This document shows positions 1 to 8,365 of a DNA stretch of 64,000 nt, in pieces. The position numbers and the translations under genes are program-made. Location of the stretch: assembly GCA_036563805.1 (NCBI GenBank), contig DATCLS010000050.1, forward strand, positions 3,964 through 67,963. Direction: 5' to 3'. The DNA comes from Acidimicrobiales bacterium (GTDB taxonomy: Bacteria; Actinomycetota; Acidimicrobiia; Acidimicrobiales; VFJN01). How positions within the stretch are numbered: the stretch's first letter is position 1; the number at the start of each line of letters is the position of its first letter. Under the pieces are notes generated by a model. It was given only the letters and a program-made list of their open reading frames with translations. It was not told the DNA's origin and made no database searches.

Positions 1-98
1 GCCCCCGGTGATCGACGAGCCGGCGGTCGCGAGGCGACCGATGGCGTGATCGCCGGGTTCGTGTCGTAGCGTTCGACACAACCGTTCGACGACGAGGA

Positions 99-485
99 GT
101 GAGTGTGGCCAGTTCGAGCGCGGGATTCCACGAGAGCGCCGACGTCCTCCAAGCCGGGACCATGGACCGTCACCGGGCGATCGTGTCCCTGATGGAGGAG
201 CTGGAGGCCGTCGACTGGTACGACCAGCGGATCGACGCGGCCGGCGACGAGGATCTCAAGGAGATCCTCCGTCACAACCGCGACGAGGAGAAGGAGCACG
301 CCGCCATGCTGCTCGAGTGGCTGCGACGCCGGGACGGGGCCTGGGACCAGTTCCTGCGCCAGTACCTGTTCACCGAGAGCCCCATCACCGAGATCGAGGA
401 GGCCGAGGAGGGCGGCGGGGCCGCCCCGGCCGAGTCCTCGGGATCGCTCGGCCTCGGGGCCCTGGCGGACAAGGAGATGCTGTGA
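99..485 (+). CDS. Encapsulated ferritin-like cargo protein (EncFtn/Flp family)
   Basis: Protein has the EncFtn core (HRAIVSLMEELEAVDWYDQRIDA ... HNRDEEKEHAAMLLEWLRR). A Gly/Ala linker ends in a cargo-loading-peptide-like tail, GSLGLGALADKE. GAGGAG at 94-99 favours the in-frame GTG at 105 over GTG 99. The stop overlaps the next ATG (TGATG, 483-487). Confidence 0.9.
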   Translation: MSVASSSAGFHESADVLQAGTMDRHRAIVSLMEELEAVDWYDQRIDAAGDEDLKEILRHNRDEEKEHAAMLLEWLRRRDGAWDQFLRQYLFTESPITEIEEAEEGGGAAPAESSGSLGLGALADKEML

Positions 486-1294
486 TGAACCACCTTCGCC
501 GCCACCTCGCCCCCATCAGCGACCGGGGTTGGGAGCTCATCGAGGAAGAGGCCGCCCGGACCATCAAGAACCACCTCGCCGCCCGGCCGTTCGTCCAGGT
601 CACCGGCCCCCGCGGGTGGGAGTTCGGCGCGGTGTCCCGCGGGCGGGTGCGCGCCGTCGTGCCGTCGCCCGGCGACCAGGTCGTGGCCGACCTGCGCGAG
701 GTCCAGCCGCTGATCGAGCTGCGCACCCCGTTCCAGCTGTCGCTCGACGAGCTGGACGCCGCCGACCGCGGCGCCCCCGACCCCGACCTCGACCCGGTCA
801 TCGACGCCGCCCGGCGGGCGGCCCTGGCCGAGGACCGGGCCATCTTCCACGGCTACGAGGCGGCCGGCATCACCGGCATCGTGCCGGCCTCGCCGCACGA
901 GCCGCTGACCATCCCCGACGACTACAACGAGTACCCGAGCATGGTCGCCCGGGCGGTGGCCAAGCTCCGCACCGCCGGCGTCGGCGGGCCGTACGCCATC
1001 GCCCTCGGGCCCCGCTGCTACACGGGGGTCGTCGAGACGACCGAGCACGGCGGCTATCCGATGCTCGAGCACCTCAAGCTCATCCTCGGCGGCCCGGTGG
1101 CCTGGGCGCCCGGCGTCGACGGCGCCGTGGTCCTCAGCCTGCGGGGCGGCGACTACGAGCTCGTGCTCGGCCAGGACTTCTCGATCGGCTACCGGACGCA
1201 CGACGACACGTCGGTCGAGCTGTACATCGAGGAGTCGATGACGTTCGTCGTCAACGACGAGCGCGCCGCCGTCGCTCTCGTCTACGAGCGCTGA
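485..1294 (+). CDS. Family 1 encapsulin shell protein (linocin M18-like)
   Basis: In-frame ATG at 485 inside ORF 317..1294. MNHLRRHLAPISDRGWELIEEEA ... GGYPMLEHL ... GYRTHDDTSVELYIEESMTF looks like family 1 encapsulins. It directly follows an EncFtn cargo gene and is coupled to it. Confidence 0.9.
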   Translation: MNHLRRHLAPISDRGWELIEEEAARTIKNHLAARPFVQVTGPRGWEFGAVSRGRVRAVVPSPGDQVVADLREVQPLIELRTPFQLSLDELDAADRGAPDPDLDPVIDAARRAALAEDRAIFHGYEAAGITGIVPASPHEPLTIPDDYNEYPSMVARAVAKLRTAGVGGPYAIALGPRCYTGVVETTEHGGYPMLEHLKLILGGPVAWAPGVDGAVVLSLRGGDYELVLGQDFSIGYRTHDDTSVELYIEESMTFVVNDERAAVALVYER

Positions 1295-1510
1295 CGGGGC
1301 GGCGCCCGGGCGTCAGGCCGGCCGGAGCGTGAGCCCGGTCGGCACCCGGCGTCCGGGCGCCGGCCACGGCTCGATCGGGCAGCGGCAGGTCGCCGGTCGG
1401 CCGGGGCCACGCCCCCGCGTCACGTGGCTGGCGATCGGCGCCCCCCCGGCGATGTCGGCCCGGTCGTCGTCGTTCCCGTCGCCTCACTGCCGACGAGCTC
1501 GACCGCTTCC

Positions 1511-1527
1511 TTCCTTCCATGAAGGAA
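1511..1527. terminator. Short AT-rich hairpin (TTCCTTC-CAT-GAAGGAA) between convergent genes
   Basis: Perfect 7-bp inverted repeat with a 3-nt loop in the 1295-1577 gap. No U-tract. Function uncertain. Confidence 0.2.
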
Positions 1528-1577
1528 AATGGAGATGGCCGGGGCGGGCGGCGCCGGACGGACCGCGGGGCGCGCGG

Positions 1578-2588
1578 TCAGCGCGGCGTCGAGCCCGGGG
1601 CGTCGGCCCGCCGCTGGCGCTCGAGGGCGACGAGCACGGCGGCGGCCGCCGCGTAGGCGGCCACGCTGATGGCCCCGGCCTGGACCGCCGAGGTCCGGAG
1701 GCCGGCCACCCGCGAGCACGCCGCCACCAGCCCCAGGTGGACGAGGCCCCGCGCCGCGGCGTCCCGCCCCCAGGGCGCCGGGCGGGCCGGGGCCGCCGGG
1801 ATGGCCCGGCGATCTGGGCCTGCCGAGCCCGGGGTCTGCGGGCCCGGGACCTGCGAGCCCGGGGCCCGGGACGTCGGGGCCGGGGCCAGGCGGCCGACGC
1901 CCCAGCGCACGACCGGCTCGAGGGCGAGCACGCCGAGGCAGGCGATGGCTCCGACGACCGCCCCCGGCCGGGCCATCCCGTCGACCACCGCCGTCCACCC
2001 CACGAGGGCGGCCGCGACCAGCGACCCGCCCGCGCCCAGCGACGCCAGCGGCCGGGGCCAGCCGAGCAGGGCGACCGCCAGGGCGGCGCCGGCCAGCACC
2101 CGGGCGTGCTCGGTGTCGGGCGTGGTGGCGTACACGCCGAGGACGGTGACGGCCAGCAGGACGGGCGGGAGCCCCCGCCGCCCCCAGGTTCGGTCGCAGG
2201 CGGCCGCCAGCCCGCCCCCGACCACGGCGGCGATCACGACGGCGGGCGCAGCCCAGCCGGGGGAGTCGATCTCGGTCGAGCCGGCGACGACGACGGCGCC
2301 GGGCACGGCGGCGGCCAGGCGCAGGGCCGGGTGGGCGCCGGCCACCCCGGCGGCGGCGAGCAGCGCCAGGCCGACCACCAGGGCGGCCGTGACCGGCCCC
2401 CGGTCGGCGTCGCCGATCCGGTCGGCCAGCGCGGCCAGCGCCGCGGCCCCGAAGGCGAAGCCGGCCCAGGGGCGGACCGGCCGGGCGAGGAGGGCGGCGA
2501 TGCCGGCCACCGCCGCGGCCCCCAGGCCGAAGGCCAGCCCGGTGCGGAACCCCTCGTCGCGGACCAGGTCGGTGATCGGGTCGAGCAC
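1578..2588 (-). CDS. Polytopic membrane protein, function unknown
   Basis: This is the only frame across 1.58-2.59 kb with hydrophobic A/L/V/G-rich segments and G/C-dominated third codon positions (checked by eye near 1930-1990). Other frames are Arg/Pro/Gly shadows. ORF-track start 2753 would read through the AT-rich operator and overlap znuA, so the next in-frame start (GTG 2588) is used. N-terminus uncertain. Confidence 0.5.
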   Translation of the reverse strand: MLDPITDLVRDEGFRTGLAFGLGAAAVAGIAALLARPVRPWAGFAFGAAALAALADRIGDADRGPVTAALVVGLALLAAAGVAGAHPALRLAAAVPGAVVVAGSTEIDSPGWAAPAVVIAAVVGGGLAAACDRTWGRRGLPPVLLAVTVLGVYATTPDTEHARVLAGAALAVALLGWPRPLASLGAGGSLVAAALVGWTAVVDGMARPGAVVGAIACLGVLALEPVVRWGVGRLAPAPTSRAPGSQVPGPQTPGSAGPDRRAIPAAPARPAPWGRDAAARGLVHLGLVAACSRVAGLRTSAVQAGAISVAAYAAAAAVLVALERQRRADAPGSTPR

Positions 2589-2665
2589 AGCGGCCGAGAG
2601 CCTGGCACGGACGGCCCGCCGATTCGAGCGGTTCCGGCTTGCGGCGCCGGGGCACCCGGGACCAG

Positions 2666-2685
2666 AATGAGAGTAGTTCTCATTA
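2666..2685. promoter_or_regulatory. Zur-box-like operator AATGAGAGTAGTTCTCATTA
   Basis: 7-5-7 inverted repeat (AATGAGA / TCTCATT) in an AT-rich island, 58 nt upstream of the zinc ABC operon. It resembles the actinobacterial Zur consensus (TAATGAAAATNATTTTCATTA type). It lies between divergent genes. Confidence 0.6.
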
Positions 2686-2742
2686 TGAGTTTGGTGTTCT
2701 GAGTTCCCTCCTCGTGAGTTCCGTGCCGGGAGACGCCCGCCC

Positions 2743-3741
2743 ATGATCCGCACGCTCGTCCGGCGGGCGCTCGCCGCCGCCGCAGCCCGCTCCTCAGCCC
2801 GCTCCGCGGGATCCGCCCGGTCGCCGATCCCGGCGCCGGCCCGGTGGCTCCTCGTCCTGCCCGTGCTCCTGGCGCTCGCCGCCGCAGCGTGCGGCGGCGA
2901 CGGCGGCGCGGGCGACGCCGGGGGCGACGACGGCCGGCTCGCCGTGGTGGCGACGGTCTACCCGATCGCCGACGCGGCCGCGGCCGTGGCCGGCGACCGG
3001 GCCGAGGTCACCAACCTCACGCCGCCCGGCGCCGAGCCCCACGACGTCGAGCTCGATCCCGACCAGGTCGACGACCTGCTCGACGCCGACCTCGTGCTCT
3101 ACCTGGGCGGTGGCTTCCAGCCAGCGGTCGAGGAGGCGGTCGAGGACCGCGACGGCCCGACCGTCGACCTGCTCGACCGGGTCGCGGTCGGCGACGGCGT
3201 CGAGCCCGGCACCGACCCCCACGTCTGGCTGGACCCGGGGCTGATGGCCGACCTGGTCGACGGGATCGAGCAGGCGCTGGCCGACGCCGCCCCCGACGAC
3301 GCCCCGGCGTTCGCGGCCGGGGCCGCCGACTACCGCAACCTGCTCGCCGGCCTCGACCGCGACATCGAGGCCCGGTTGGCCAACTGCGAGCGGCACGTGT
3401 TCGTCACGTCGCACGGCGCCTTCGGCTACCTGGCCCGCCGCTACGGTCTGACCGAGCTGTCGATCGCCGGGCAGTCGCCGGAGGCCGAGCCCGACCCCGA
3501 CCGCCTGGCCGAGCTGGCCGACCGGATCGAGGCGAGCGGGGTCACGACCGTGTTCTACGAGGAGCTGGTCGACCCGGGCCCCGCCGAGACGCTCGCTCGC
3601 GAGGCCGGCGTCGACACCGCGCCGCTCAGCCCCCTCGAGGGCCTCAGCGAGGAGCAGCGGGACGCCGGCGACGACTACTTCACGGTCATGGCCGCCAACG
3701 CCGACCGGCTGGCCGAGGCGCTGGGATGCACCGGCGGATGA
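2743..3741 (+). CDS. znuA: Metal (zinc-type) ABC transporter substrate-binding lipoprotein, ZnuA/TroA family
   Basis: Lipobox-like LLALAAAAC. Motifs PPGAEPHDVELDP, DPHVWLDP and VTSHGAFGYL, with His at the third ligand position as in Zn-type SBPs. GGGAGA lies 9 nt before the ATG. Confidence 0.85.
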   Translation: MIRTLVRRALAAAAARSSARSAGSARSPIPAPARWLLVLPVLLALAAAACGGDGGAGDAGGDDGRLAVVATVYPIADAAAAVAGDRAEVTNLTPPGAEPHDVELDPDQVDDLLDADLVLYLGGGFQPAVEEAVEDRDGPTVDLLDRVAVGDGVEPGTDPHVWLDPGLMADLVDGIEQALADAAPDDAPAFAAGAADYRNLLAGLDRDIEARLANCERHVFVTSHGAFGYLARRYGLTELSIAGQSPEAEPDPDRLAELADRIEASGVTTVFYEELVDPGPAETLAREAGVDTAPLSPLEGLSEEQRDAGDDYFTVMAANADRLAEALGCTGG

Positions 3742-3848
3742 CGGCGCCGGGTTGCGTGGGGGCGGCCCCGGCCGGCGGCCGTCCGACGCCCGGTAGCCTC
3801 GGTGTCGGTTCTCAGTCCCAACCAGCGCCACCCACGAGAGGGTCATCC

Positions 3849-4610
3849 GTGTCCCCAGCCGCACTCCGCGTCGACGCCGTGTCGTTCGCCTACCGCGACC
3901 GGCCCGTGCTCGACTGCGTGAGCCTCGAGGTCGGGGCCGGCGAGTTCGTCGCCTTGGCCGGCGCCAACGGCTCGGGCAAGTCGACGCTGGTCCGCATCGT
4001 CCTCGGCCTGCTGCCCCCCGACCAGGGCACGGTCAGCCTGCTCGGGCACCCGCCCACCGGCCCCGGCGCGCTGCGCGAGCGGTGGCGGGTGGGCTACGTG
4101 CCTCAGCGCCCGGCCGCGGTCGAGCTGCTGCCGGCCACCGTGGCCGACGTGGTGGCCGCCGGCCGCCTCGCCCGCCGCGGGTGGTGGCGGCGCCCCGGCC
4201 CGGCCGACCGGGCCGCCGCTGAGCGGGCGCTCGACGCCGTCGGCCTGGCCGACCTCGCCGGCCGGCCGCTCGCCGAGCTGTCCGGCGGGCAGCGCCAGCG
4301 GGCGTTCATCGCCAAGGCCCTGGTCACCGAGCCCGACCTGCTCGTGCTCGACGAGCCGACGGCGGGGGTCGACGTCGAGTCCCAGCGCCGGTTCCGCGAC
4401 GTCCTGGTGGCGATGACCGACCGGGGCGGCGCGGTGCTGCTCGTGTCCCACGACCTGGGCGCCGTGGCCGACGACCTCGACCGGGTGTTGCTGATGCGCC
4501 AGGGCAAGATCGGCTTCGACGGGCCGCCCGACGACCTGTCGGCCAGCGGCGTCTCGCTGGGCATCCACGCCCACGACCTTCCCGTGTGGCTGGAGGGGCT
4601 GGACCGGTGA
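3849..4610 (+). CDS. znuC: Metal ABC transporter ATP-binding protein
   Basis: GTG 3849 preceded by GAGAGG. Walker A GANGSGKST, signature LSGGQRQR, Walker B LLVLDEPTAGVD. It is part of the long fused ORF 2844..4610. Confidence 0.9.
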   Translation: MSPAALRVDAVSFAYRDRPVLDCVSLEVGAGEFVALAGANGSGKSTLVRIVLGLLPPDQGTVSLLGHPPTGPGALRERWRVGYVPQRPAAVELLPATVADVVAAGRLARRGWWRRPGPADRAAAERALDAVGLADLAGRPLAELSGGQRQRAFIAKALVTEPDLLVLDEPTAGVDVESQRRFRDVLVAMTDRGGAVLLVSHDLGAVADDLDRVLLMRQGKIGFDGPPDDLSASGVSLGIHAHDLPVWLEGLDR

Positions 4611-5467
4611 CCGGGTCGGTGCTGGCCGCCTTGCCGCTGCCGTGGCCGTTCGAGCGCGAGTACATGCAGCTGGCGCTCGCCGCCGGGGTCGTCGTCGGTG
4701 CGTGCGCCCCGCTGATCGGCACGTTCCTCGTGCAGAAGCGCCTGTCGCTGCTCGGCGACGGGCTGGGCCACGTCGCCTTCGCCGGCGTGGCCGCCGGGCT
4801 GCTGGCCGACGTGTGGCCCATCTGGACGGCCCTCGTGACCGCCGTCGTCGCCGCCGTGGCCATCGAGTGGCTCCGGACCCGGGGGCGGGCCAGCGGCGAT
4901 CTGGCCCTCGCGCTGCTGTTCTACTCGGGCATCGCGGGCGGCGTGGTCCTGACCGGGCTGGCCGGCTCGCTCGACGCCGGCACGCTCACCTACCTGTTCG
5001 GCTCGATCCTGACCGTCGACGAGGGCGACGCGGTGACGATCGCCGTGCTCGGCGCGGTCATCGTCGCCGTGGTGGCCGTGGCCTGGCGGGCGCTGTTCAG
5101 CATCGTGCTCGACGAGGAGGCGGCCCGGGTGTCGGGCCTGCCGGTCGACGCCCTCAACCTGGGCCTGGCCGCGCTGACCGCGGTCACGGTGGTGGCGGGC
5201 ATGCGGATCGTCGGCGTGCTGCTGGTGGCCGCGCTCATGGTGCTGCCGGTGGGTGCCGCCCAGCGGCTGACCCGCTCGTTCGGCGCCACGCTGCTGGCGG
5301 CGAGCGGCATCGGGGCGGCCAGCGCGGTGACGGGCCTGGGCGCGGCGCGCCACTGGGCGCTGGCCCCCGGGGGCACGATCGTGCTGGTGGCGGCCGGGCT
5401 GTTCGCCCTGGTCGCGGTCACCGACGCGCTCGGCGTTCGCCGCCGGCCGGCCGGCAGCCCGGCCTGA
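4607..5467 (+). CDS. znuB: Metal ABC transporter permease (ABC-3 family)
   Basis: Hydrophobic ABC-3 type sequence (LIGTFLVQKRLSLLGDGLGHVAFAGVA). GTG 4607 overlaps the znuC stop (GTGA). The ORF track starts at 4586. Confidence 0.85.
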   Translation: MTGSVLAALPLPWPFEREYMQLALAAGVVVGACAPLIGTFLVQKRLSLLGDGLGHVAFAGVAAGLLADVWPIWTALVTAVVAAVAIEWLRTRGRASGDLALALLFYSGIAGGVVLTGLAGSLDAGTLTYLFGSILTVDEGDAVTIAVLGAVIVAVVAVAWRALFSIVLDEEAARVSGLPVDALNLGLAALTAVTVVAGMRIVGVLLVAALMVLPVGAAQRLTRSFGATLLAASGIGAASAVTGLGAARHWALAPGGTIVLVAAGLFALVAVTDALGVRRRPAGSPA

Positions 5468-5535
5468 GCGCGCCCCGGCGGCCTGGGATCTGGAGACGGC
5501 GCGGCCGGCGGCCGCGATGCCCGGCGGCCGGCGGG

Positions 5536-6534
5536 TCAGGACGCGGCCGACGCCGGGCGGGGGTCGTCGGTGACGAGCGCGGGTGTGGCCGGCGTGCCGT
5601 CGCTCCACGTGCCCATGTACATCAGGTCGACGTCGAAGGGGCGGCCGGCCCGGGCGCAGTCGGCGACGGCCTGCACGTTCCGGTTGGTGCCGTAGTAGTT
5701 GAGGTGGCTCAGCGCCGGCCACCCGGACGGCGTGAAGTGCGTGGTGGTCAGCTCGGGCCGGTCGTCGCCGAGGTCGCGGGGGTCGCTCCGCACGACGACG
5801 TAGCGCTTGTGGTCGGCCGGGATCGTGAGCCGGTGGAAGATCTGGGGCCCGGCCTCGTCGACGTACTGGGCGAACACGTCGTTGTCGTAGGCCACGACGA
5901 GCGCCCGGGTGTGGTCGGGCACGGCGATGGGCGCCGCGGCGTCGCCGACGCCCCGCGGGAAGTACGGGCAGTAGATGCCCAGCCAGAACGTCTGCGTGCC
6001 CCAGCGCCGCTCGACCGCCCGCTGGGCCAGCCACGGGACCATGGCGCCACCGAACGAGTGGCCCCAGATGCCCACGTCGGACACGTCGATCCGGTCGGAC
6101 AGCTCGACCGCCTGGGCGAAGGCGGCGTCGACCTGGTGGTAGACGCCGAGGTCGGACTCGTCGAGGAACGCCTCGCCGTCGCCGCTGTAGTTGGCGTACA
6201 CGACCACGTACCCGTTGCTGACCAGGTTCTCGATCAGGTTCAGGTAGTGGATCGGCTTGCTCTCCTCGAACACGCTCCAGCCCGGGCTCATGAACACGGC
6301 GGGGCGGCGGTCGCCGTCGGCCCGCCCGCCACGGCAGGGCGAGCCGGTGCCGGTGGGCTCGATGACCCAGACCTTCTGGTCGGGCCAGGCGTCGTTCTTG
6401 GCCTCGAGGGACGTGTACTGGCACGGGCCGGGGCCGCCGAGCTCGCCCGGCCCTGGGCCCGAGGGCGGCGTGGGCGGCGCCAGGGCGGTCGGTGCGCGTC
6501 CGCTCCCGTTCGTGCCGTGCTCGTGTCCGGACAT
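5536..6534 (-). CDS. Alpha/beta hydrolase (GHSFGG nucleophile elbow)
   Basis: ATG 6534 (MSGHEHG...) preceded by GGGGG. GIWGHSFGG motif. The upstream part of ORF 5536..6636 has no support. Confidence 0.7.
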   Translation of the reverse strand: MSGHEHGTNGSGRAPTALAPPTPPSGPGPGELGGPGPCQYTSLEAKNDAWPDQKVWVIEPTGTGSPCRGGRADGDRRPAVFMSPGWSVFEESKPIHYLNLIENLVSNGYVVVYANYSGDGEAFLDESDLGVYHQVDAAFAQAVELSDRIDVSDVGIWGHSFGGAMVPWLAQRAVERRWGTQTFWLGIYCPYFPRGVGDAAAPIAVPDHTRALVVAYDNDVFAQYVDEAGPQIFHRLTIPADHKRYVVVRSDPRDLGDDRPELTTTHFTPSGWPALSHLNYYGTNRNVQAVADCARAGRPFDVDLMYMGTWSDGTPATPALVTDDPRPASAAS

Positions 6535-6788
6535 CGCTACCCCCAGAGCTCGCGAGCGGACCGGTGATGCCGACCGGCGGAGGACAGCACCCCAGGTGCT
6601 GACCAGCGTTGCTGACGCCCAGTGGCCCCAGCTCAACGATTACTGACTATCAGGCGACAGCATACTGGTGGCGGGGCGGGGTCCAAGGGATCCGGACCGA
6701 GGAGGGGCCAGGGCGCAGGATGACGCCGACCACCGTGCTCGCGGCGGCGTGGGCCGGGGCGGTCTCGTCCCCGGGCCGCGGGCCCGAG

Positions 6789-8297
6789 CTACGCCGACCG
6801 GCTGGTCTGGTCCCGGTCCTCCTCGCCCGAGGTGTTCGGCTGATCGACCGGCTGGCCCTCGGCGTTCGGTCGACCGGTCGGCGGCCCCGCCCAGTCGGCC
6901 GCCCTGGCCGCGGTCGCGTCCCCGTCCGCCGGGGCCCGCGCCCGCCCGGCCGGGTCCTCGTCGGCCGGGCCGGTGGGGAAGCGGTCGACGTCCCGCAGCG
7001 CGGGGAACAGGCGTGCCCAGGTGGCGGCGACGGCCACGGTGGCCAGCCCACCCAGCGCCACGGCCGGGCCGGGCCCCAGCACCTGCCCGGCCACCCCGGA
7101 CTCGAACGCCCCCAGCTCGTTGGAGGCGCCGATGAAAACGTTCTCGACGGCCAGCACCCGGCCCCGGGCCGCCGGCGGCGTCACCAGCGGGACGAGGGTG
7201 ACCCGAATGAACACGCTCACCGCGTCGGCCGCGGCCAGCACCAGCAGGGCCACGAACGCCACCGCGTAGCTCCGGGTCACGCCGAGGACGATCGTCGCCC
7301 CGCCGAACGCGGCCACCCCGGCGAGCAGCGTGGTTCCGACCCGGCGGCGGATCGGCCGGACGGCCAGGGCGAGCATGGCGGCCGACGCCCCGATGCCGTT
7401 GGCCGCCCGGAGCCAGCCGAAGCCCACCGCGCCCACGCCCAGCCGCTCCTCGGCGATGGCCGGCAGCAGGGCGATGGCGCCGCCGAACAGGACGGCGAAC
7501 AGATCGAGCGAGATCGCCCCGAGCAGGATCGGCTGGCGCCGGACGACCCGCAGCCCCTCCAGCGCGTCGTGCAGCCGGGCCCGCGCCTCCGCCGGGGCGC
7601 CGGCGCCGTCCGGGCCGGCGGCGCTCTCCCGGGCGGCGGCGCCGTCGGGGGCCGCCGCCGGCGGGTCGGGGGCGCCGGCCGGCGGCCGCGGCGGGATGAG
7701 GCTGAACGTCAGCGCGGCGGCCAGCCCCAGGCCGGCGGCCGCCAGGAACGGGGCGGCCGGGTCGAGCGCGTACAGCGTGCCGGCCACGACCGGGCCGACG
7801 ATCCGCGCCACCTCGAGCGTCACCGTCCATCGGGCGACCAGCCAGGGCAGCAGGGCCGGCGGCACGACGTCGGCCGGCAGCGACCGCACGGCCGGGGCCA
7901 TGAAGGCCCGGGCCACGCCGAACAGCACGGCGAGGGCGACCAGCGGTCCGACCGCCGTCGGCCGGCCGGCGACGTAGGCGGCGACCACCAGCGCCACCGC
8001 GCCCTGGCCGAGGGCGGCCAGCCCGGCCTGGCGGCGGCGGTCGACCCGGTCGGCCACGGTGCCCGTGACCAGCACCAGCAGCGCCGCCGGCGCGAACTCG
8101 GCCAGGCCCAGCAGGCCGAGGTCGAGCTCGCGGCCGCTCAGGTCGTAGACCTGCTTGCCGAGCGCGGTGACGAGGGCGGTGGCGCCCGTGGTTCCGGTGA
8201 AGTGGCCCGCGACCACCGCCACCGTCGCCCGGTCCCACCGCCCGGCCGGCCGACTCTCCTCGGGGGCGGCGGACGTGGTCACGGCGCCACCAGTCAA
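6789..8297 (-). CDS. MFS transporter (EntS/MFS_3-like)
   Basis: About 12 hydrophobic segments and a VADRVDRRR loop motif. Paralogous to 58192..59454. The exact start is uncertain (TTG 8297 or a downstream GTG). Confidence 0.8.
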   Translation of the reverse strand: MTGGAVTTSAAPEESRPAGRWDRATVAVVAGHFTGTTGATALVTALGKQVYDLSGRELDLGLLGLAEFAPAALLVLVTGTVADRVDRRRQAGLAALGQGAVALVVAAYVAGRPTAVGPLVALAVLFGVARAFMAPAVRSLPADVVPPALLPWLVARWTVTLEVARIVGPVVAGTLYALDPAAPFLAAAGLGLAAALTFSLIPPRPPAGAPDPPAAAPDGAAARESAAGPDGAGAPAEARARLHDALEGLRVVRRQPILLGAISLDLFAVLFGGAIALLPAIAEERLGVGAVGFGWLRAANGIGASAAMLALAVRPIRRRVGTTLLAGVAAFGGATIVLGVTRSYAVAFVALLVLAAADAVSVFIRVTLVPLVTPPAARGRVLAVENVFIGASNELGAFESGVAGQVLGPGPAVALGGLATVAVAATWARLFPALRDVDRFPTGPADEDPAGRARAPADGDATAARAADWAGPPTGRPNAEGQPVDQPNTSGEEDRDQTSRSA

Positions 8298-8365
8298 GCG
8301 CCTCGCCCCCCGTCCCGTCCGATCCGCGGGGTCGGCTGCCCGCGGGGCGAGGGCGAGGACGAGCG

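Noticed and set aside
1329-2702. Long ORFs in alternative frames throughout the window (e.g. 1329..2702+, 1420..2655-, 2844..4610+ upstream part, 4103..6424-, 4642..6567+, 6609..8501+, 6640..8238-, 8454..10649-, 8486..10618+, 12507..13928-, 14664..16493+, 15289..16737-, 18348..19862-, 21652..23157-, 23502..25364+, 38073..39257-, 41986..43728-, 43412..45559-, 47235..49280+, 50697..52514+, 56212..57969-, 57908..59350-, 60529..62169-)
   Set aside because: Their translations are Arg/Gly/Pro/Ala-rich low-complexity strings typical of shadow ORFs in high-GC DNA. Each overlaps a frame with clear family motifs.
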